A stretch of 55,292 nucleotides of DNA, filler included, from Sphacelaria rigidula (lineage: Eukaryota), in the NCBI GenBank assembly GCA_964200075.2. It is 4 parts of 4 records of this genome, joined end to end, with 100 filler letters (N's around TTAATTAATTAA, not from the genome) between each part and the next. Parts side by side here need not be neighbours in the genome. Positions count along the whole stretch, not along the records: positions 41,547 to 55,292 come from CAXNAA020002691.1; 3 more parts are not named here. One strand, 5' to 3'. The notes below the pieces were generated by a model that was not told the origin of the DNA, made no database searches, and saw only the letters and a list, made by a program, of their open reading frames with translations. A program made the translations under genes and the position numbers. Positions 51,901 through 55,292 of the stretch are shown piece after piece. Position 1 is the stretch's first letter. Every line of letters begins with the position of its first letter.

Positions 51901-53585
51901 GGTGTGGTGCAATCTTGAGTCATTTATTCACCACTCCTTGGTTTCAAATAAAAAACTACTCCGTACTACATATAATATGTCGATAATATTTTCACTGTTT
52001 GTCTTGAACTTCCTCTGTCCCATAAGTAGAGTCGGTTATGAGGTGCAGATCATCTCCCCAACGGAGATACGTACGATGCTCTACTTCGGTTCATTGCAAA
52101 AATGAAGTTTTGGAAAAGCTCATCGAGGAAACCAAAATCAGAGTTCTAGTTGTTGAAATTATTCAAGAATTGTCCGCCTTTTTCAGAACATCGACGTTTG
52201 ATCACCCACTGCCCACCATAACCACCAGAGCATCTCCCATGAGCACACCCTCACGTCTAAAACGGGGCGCCGAAGTATCATTGGGCCGCCGTCATGCCAT
52301 GGCGGTTAAGATACCGCTGGCCATTCCGCCGGGCAACCCAAGGGTACTGAAGGACATTCTGGATCCGCTCACCGAGCGCTACGGTGTTGGTCCCGAGTAC
52401 CAGACCAAACAGGGAAACAACAGTCACGACACCGGGGAGCTCGACCTCATGAACAAATGTCGGAGAGGGTGGTTGGTCGTCGTTACTCACTCCAACGAAT
52501 ACTCCGGCGCTGTGGACGGTCAAGGACTCTGTTTCCAGTATTTTTTTTCCCCCAGAACTGAGGCTAGGATCGGCTGTTTTCGGGCGGGGTGATGTTTTTC
52601 GTCTGTTCGCCCAAATAGATAGTGCGCGCGACAAAGGAAAAAAAAACTTGAAACCGTCATCAGCTGACGCATCGGACGCCGTGAGGGGTCAGTGTAAAAA
52701 TAACCAACTATACTCACGGGACAGAGGGAAGATATGTTACTTTTACGATAGATCATCGTATGAACGACAAAAACGTTGTACTGCTGCTGCTACTACTACT
52801 GCGTGGCATTTTCTCAAGAGCCTACCAAGACAAGGCCGAAGCGCCCGCACGTATAAAAATGGTATGCATTGCGTATGAGCCACGGGAAACCTTACCCTGG
52901 TTTTCTCCTCCAGTATGCAGACCACCTTTCCAACCGGTTGAAGATTTCCTTGCAATGCAAGAACACCCTCGGGACACAATGAGGCAACCTCGCTGTTGAC
53001 CTCAGCACCACGTATCACCTTCGGCGATGGCCGCCACAGCTCCGTTTCAGTTGCTACTGCAGAAGCTACTCCCCCTCCCTCTTCCCATGCTTGGCCTGCT
53101 TGACAAGCACCGACAGGTGTTCAGCTTGAGTCTACAGCGCGCACTGGAATACAGTTAGATATCGATCTGTACTTATGTGACTTTGGCTATAACTATAATA
53201 TGGTGCAGCAGTACCGTCATAGCACAGGTACCCACTCGGGAGAGGATGTCTGGCCCTTGCCCGACAAAATCGCGCTTGCAAGCTTGCAAGACTGGTGTCG
53301 GTGACGCAGCAAAGTAGTAAAAGTAAACCATGCAGAAAATGTGCGCTAAGGTGCACGGCGGATCTTACGTATGTGGGAAGTAGCCACTGGGACCCCGTTC
53401 GTGGGCTGCTTGGGTCCACCAGCTCCATTCTCAGCGTGATCCTCATGGTTGTCTTTGGTTTCGCCTGCTTTCTTGCTGTCAGCGACGGACAGCTTGTCAA
53501 CTGCGTCCACAATGCTGCCCAACTCACGGTCAGGTGAGCGCTTCATTGGCTTCCAGTCAGTGACAGGACTGAGACGGATGGCCAC
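45921..53585 (-). CDS. DIS3L2: DIS3-like exonuclease 2 (RNase II/RNB family), 11 exons, 5' part not found in window
   Basis: Exons 53585-53369, 53095-52896, 50134-49991, 49847-49350, 49112-48859, 48644-48443, 48088-48050, 47656-47596, 47475-47351, 47021-46737 and 46259-45921 join in phase (2364 nt, 787 aa + stop). Motifs: [37 protein letters not shown] (DIS3L2-type rather than DIS3 DPPGCxDIDD), [36 protein letters not shown], and a C-terminal S1-like domain. Confidence 0.95.
46737..47021 (-). CDS. DIS3L2: DIS3L2 exon, RNB C-terminal motif
   Basis: [26 protein letters not shown]; tcag| and |gtgagg boundaries. Confidence 0.95.
49350..49847 (-). CDS. DIS3L2: DIS3L2 exon carrying the RNB catalytic aspartates
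   Basis: [43 protein letters not shown]; cacag| and |gtgcgt boundaries. Confidence 0.95.
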
Positions 53586-53922
53586 CTGGTACCGAGACCA
53601 TGGGAGCGCAAAAACGGTCGAGTTACAAGAACTAGCTGGTGTTGTGTAAATTAGATGGGAAATAATTGCCGTAGAGTTTGCGACTGAAAAATATCAGATC
53701 GGGCTTAAAAAGTGGTTGAATATGAATGTATCGTATGTTACATGCGATACCACAGGAGTATGGTAAGGTATAATATTGCCGAGGAGGTGTGGTATCCATT
53801 ATCACCCGTGTCATCAGGTGCATTCCACTGGAACCCTGCTTACGGGGGGGTGATCATAAACGAGTGTGATGACAAAGGTGTACGATATTTTGTCCAGAGA
53901 TGATTCTTGCCGCCATAGGTCG

Positions 53923-54283
53923 GTCGCCCCGGTGGCTCAGTTGGTGACCTCAAAAACTTCTGACGGTTGAGTCGTGGGTTCGAATCTTGGTGCAACCACA
54001 CGATCTAGGATTTTCTCACACCATGCCCAACATTGGGGAGCGACCATGTCGTGGGTACACAACATTCGGCGTTACGGTCGACGAGGGAAATTAACCGCTG
54101 AACTCCTCTCGCGATGAAAAATAAGGCGAGTACCGCAGAAGGAAGGTGGAGCACTAAAATATAAAAAATACTCCTAAGTTGACCTTCCTCCTGTGTGACA
54201 CCCGCTGATGCGCAGACGTATATCGAAAGGTGGAGACTGGCGTCCAGAATAGACGGGGTGGCAGCACACACACACAACACATG
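53923..54283 (+). mobile_element. tRNA-derived SINE (intronic, antisense to DIS3L2)
   Basis: gtcgccccggtggctcagttgg ... ggttcgaatc head, a body ending gcgtccagaatagacggggtggc, and a (CA) tail. Confidence 0.9.
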
Positions 54284-55185
54284 ATAGTGTGAAAACAAAG
54301 GGTTGCGATTCCTCTGCTGCACAGTACAGCTGATGACAAGATGTGGTATCACATGAAAGTGTATATGCTCTATTTTGTGCGCAATGAAATATAGCACACA
54401 TATCAAAACAATATTTGTTCGTCGACGCAACCTCGTGATGCTAAATTCATGTTTGGCGTTCGGAATTATTATGAAAAATAATTAGAAGATAACGCAACGG
54501 TTCAAGACGTCCACCTTGCAGGAACAGATTCCACAAACTGAAAGTACACACCACATATCAAACAACAAAGAAACAAGAGATGAACAAACTACGTGAAAGA
54601 CGAGGAGAGCCACCCAAACAGAGACACTCCCAATTCCCATAACGATTAAAAGGTGAAGCACTTGGGCTTTGTACCTCCTGCATGGTGCGCGTGTTGTCCA
54701 CAGTTGTGCTACACAATGCACATGTGTCCCGGGGATGCTGAGAGTGTGATCACATTACACGTTTTTTTCACGCCCGAGGGATAAAAACCAGGGGCTTCAT
54801 AATCGTTATGCAGCATCACCTCAGGGGGTGCGGTATCTAACGCCAGTTCCGTGAAAGGCAGGCTCTTTTGGGGGTATTGAAAACATATTCTAGGGGGTGG
54901 TATTTGGTAATGCTGCCGAGGGGGGCGTGGTATCAAGCTAAGGTGTGATATATTATACAACATACGGTACGGTAGGTAATGCTGCGTATTGCTCAGAACG
55001 CTGGCTTTGGGAAAAGAGGTGACGCATCCCCCAAAACCGTTTGGTCCCCACACGGTCCCGAGGACGCCGATTGTAGAAGGCGTGCGCTACCAAGAACAGG
55101 TAAACATTTGAAAAAAAAATCCAAGAAAAGAGACCTTAAGTCCATAAAAAAATGAGAAACAGTAAAATAAGAATCACGCTCACCG

Positions 55186-55292
55186 GTCGCCCCGGTGGCT
55201 CAGTTGATAACCTCGTAACATTCTGAAAGTTGAGTTGTGGGGCTCGATTCCCGGAGCGATCTGGGATTATTTCTTACACCATGCCCAACAGT
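55186..55292 (+). mobile_element. tRNA-derived SINE, 5' part (cut by window end)
   Basis: gtcgccccggtggctcagttga...gatctgggatt...caccatgcccaaca, as at 53923. Confidence 0.85.

Noticed and set aside
52038..52592. 184-aa ORF in the DIS3L2 intron as a nested ankyrin-like gene
   Set aside because: Only a vague frameshifted HWAA/AVKI resemblance, with no repeat structure.
483..53585. A functional cluster of PLAC8, ARM protein, HSP10 and DIS3L2
   Set aside because: The genes lie on different concatenated contigs. Only HSP10 and DIS3L2 are truly linked, and nothing suggests a shared function.
53923..54000. tRNA-Gln gene (also 27400-27485 and 55186-55260)
   Set aside because: There is no proper acceptor-stem pairing, and each head continues into a shared SINE body.
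54730..55032. MITE bounded by GGGGATGC/GCATCCCC
   Set aside because: The inverted match is only 8 bp and no TSD was found.

Overview
This is eukaryotic, intron-rich, transposon-littered DNA. The gene and retroelement style suggests a brown alga or other stramenopile (inference). The window is not one locus: four unlinked contigs of almost equal length (1-13750, 13851-27600, 27701-41446, 41547-55292) are joined by synthetic 100-bp spacers (44 N + TTAATTAATTAA + 44 N). Spliced host genes reconstructed by hand, all on the - strand and all partial: a Cys-rich PLAC8-family gene (contig 1), a coiled-coil/ARM-like repeat gene with a tandemly duplicated exon (contig 3), the 5' end of chaperonin-10, and 11 exons of the RNB exoribonuclease DIS3L2 with a probable GC-AG intron (contig 4). 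A possible 3-exon orphan 3' end lies on + in contig 2. The rest is mobile DNA: two RTE/RTEX-like LINE copies (one with a solo LTR inside, one with a 15-bp TSD), RTE remnants, three tRNA-derived SINEs, several MITEs, hAT- and Ulp1-like relics, dispersed non-coding repeats and microsatellites. I found no CRISPR array, no rRNA, no intact tRNA and no convincing novel multi-gene system.
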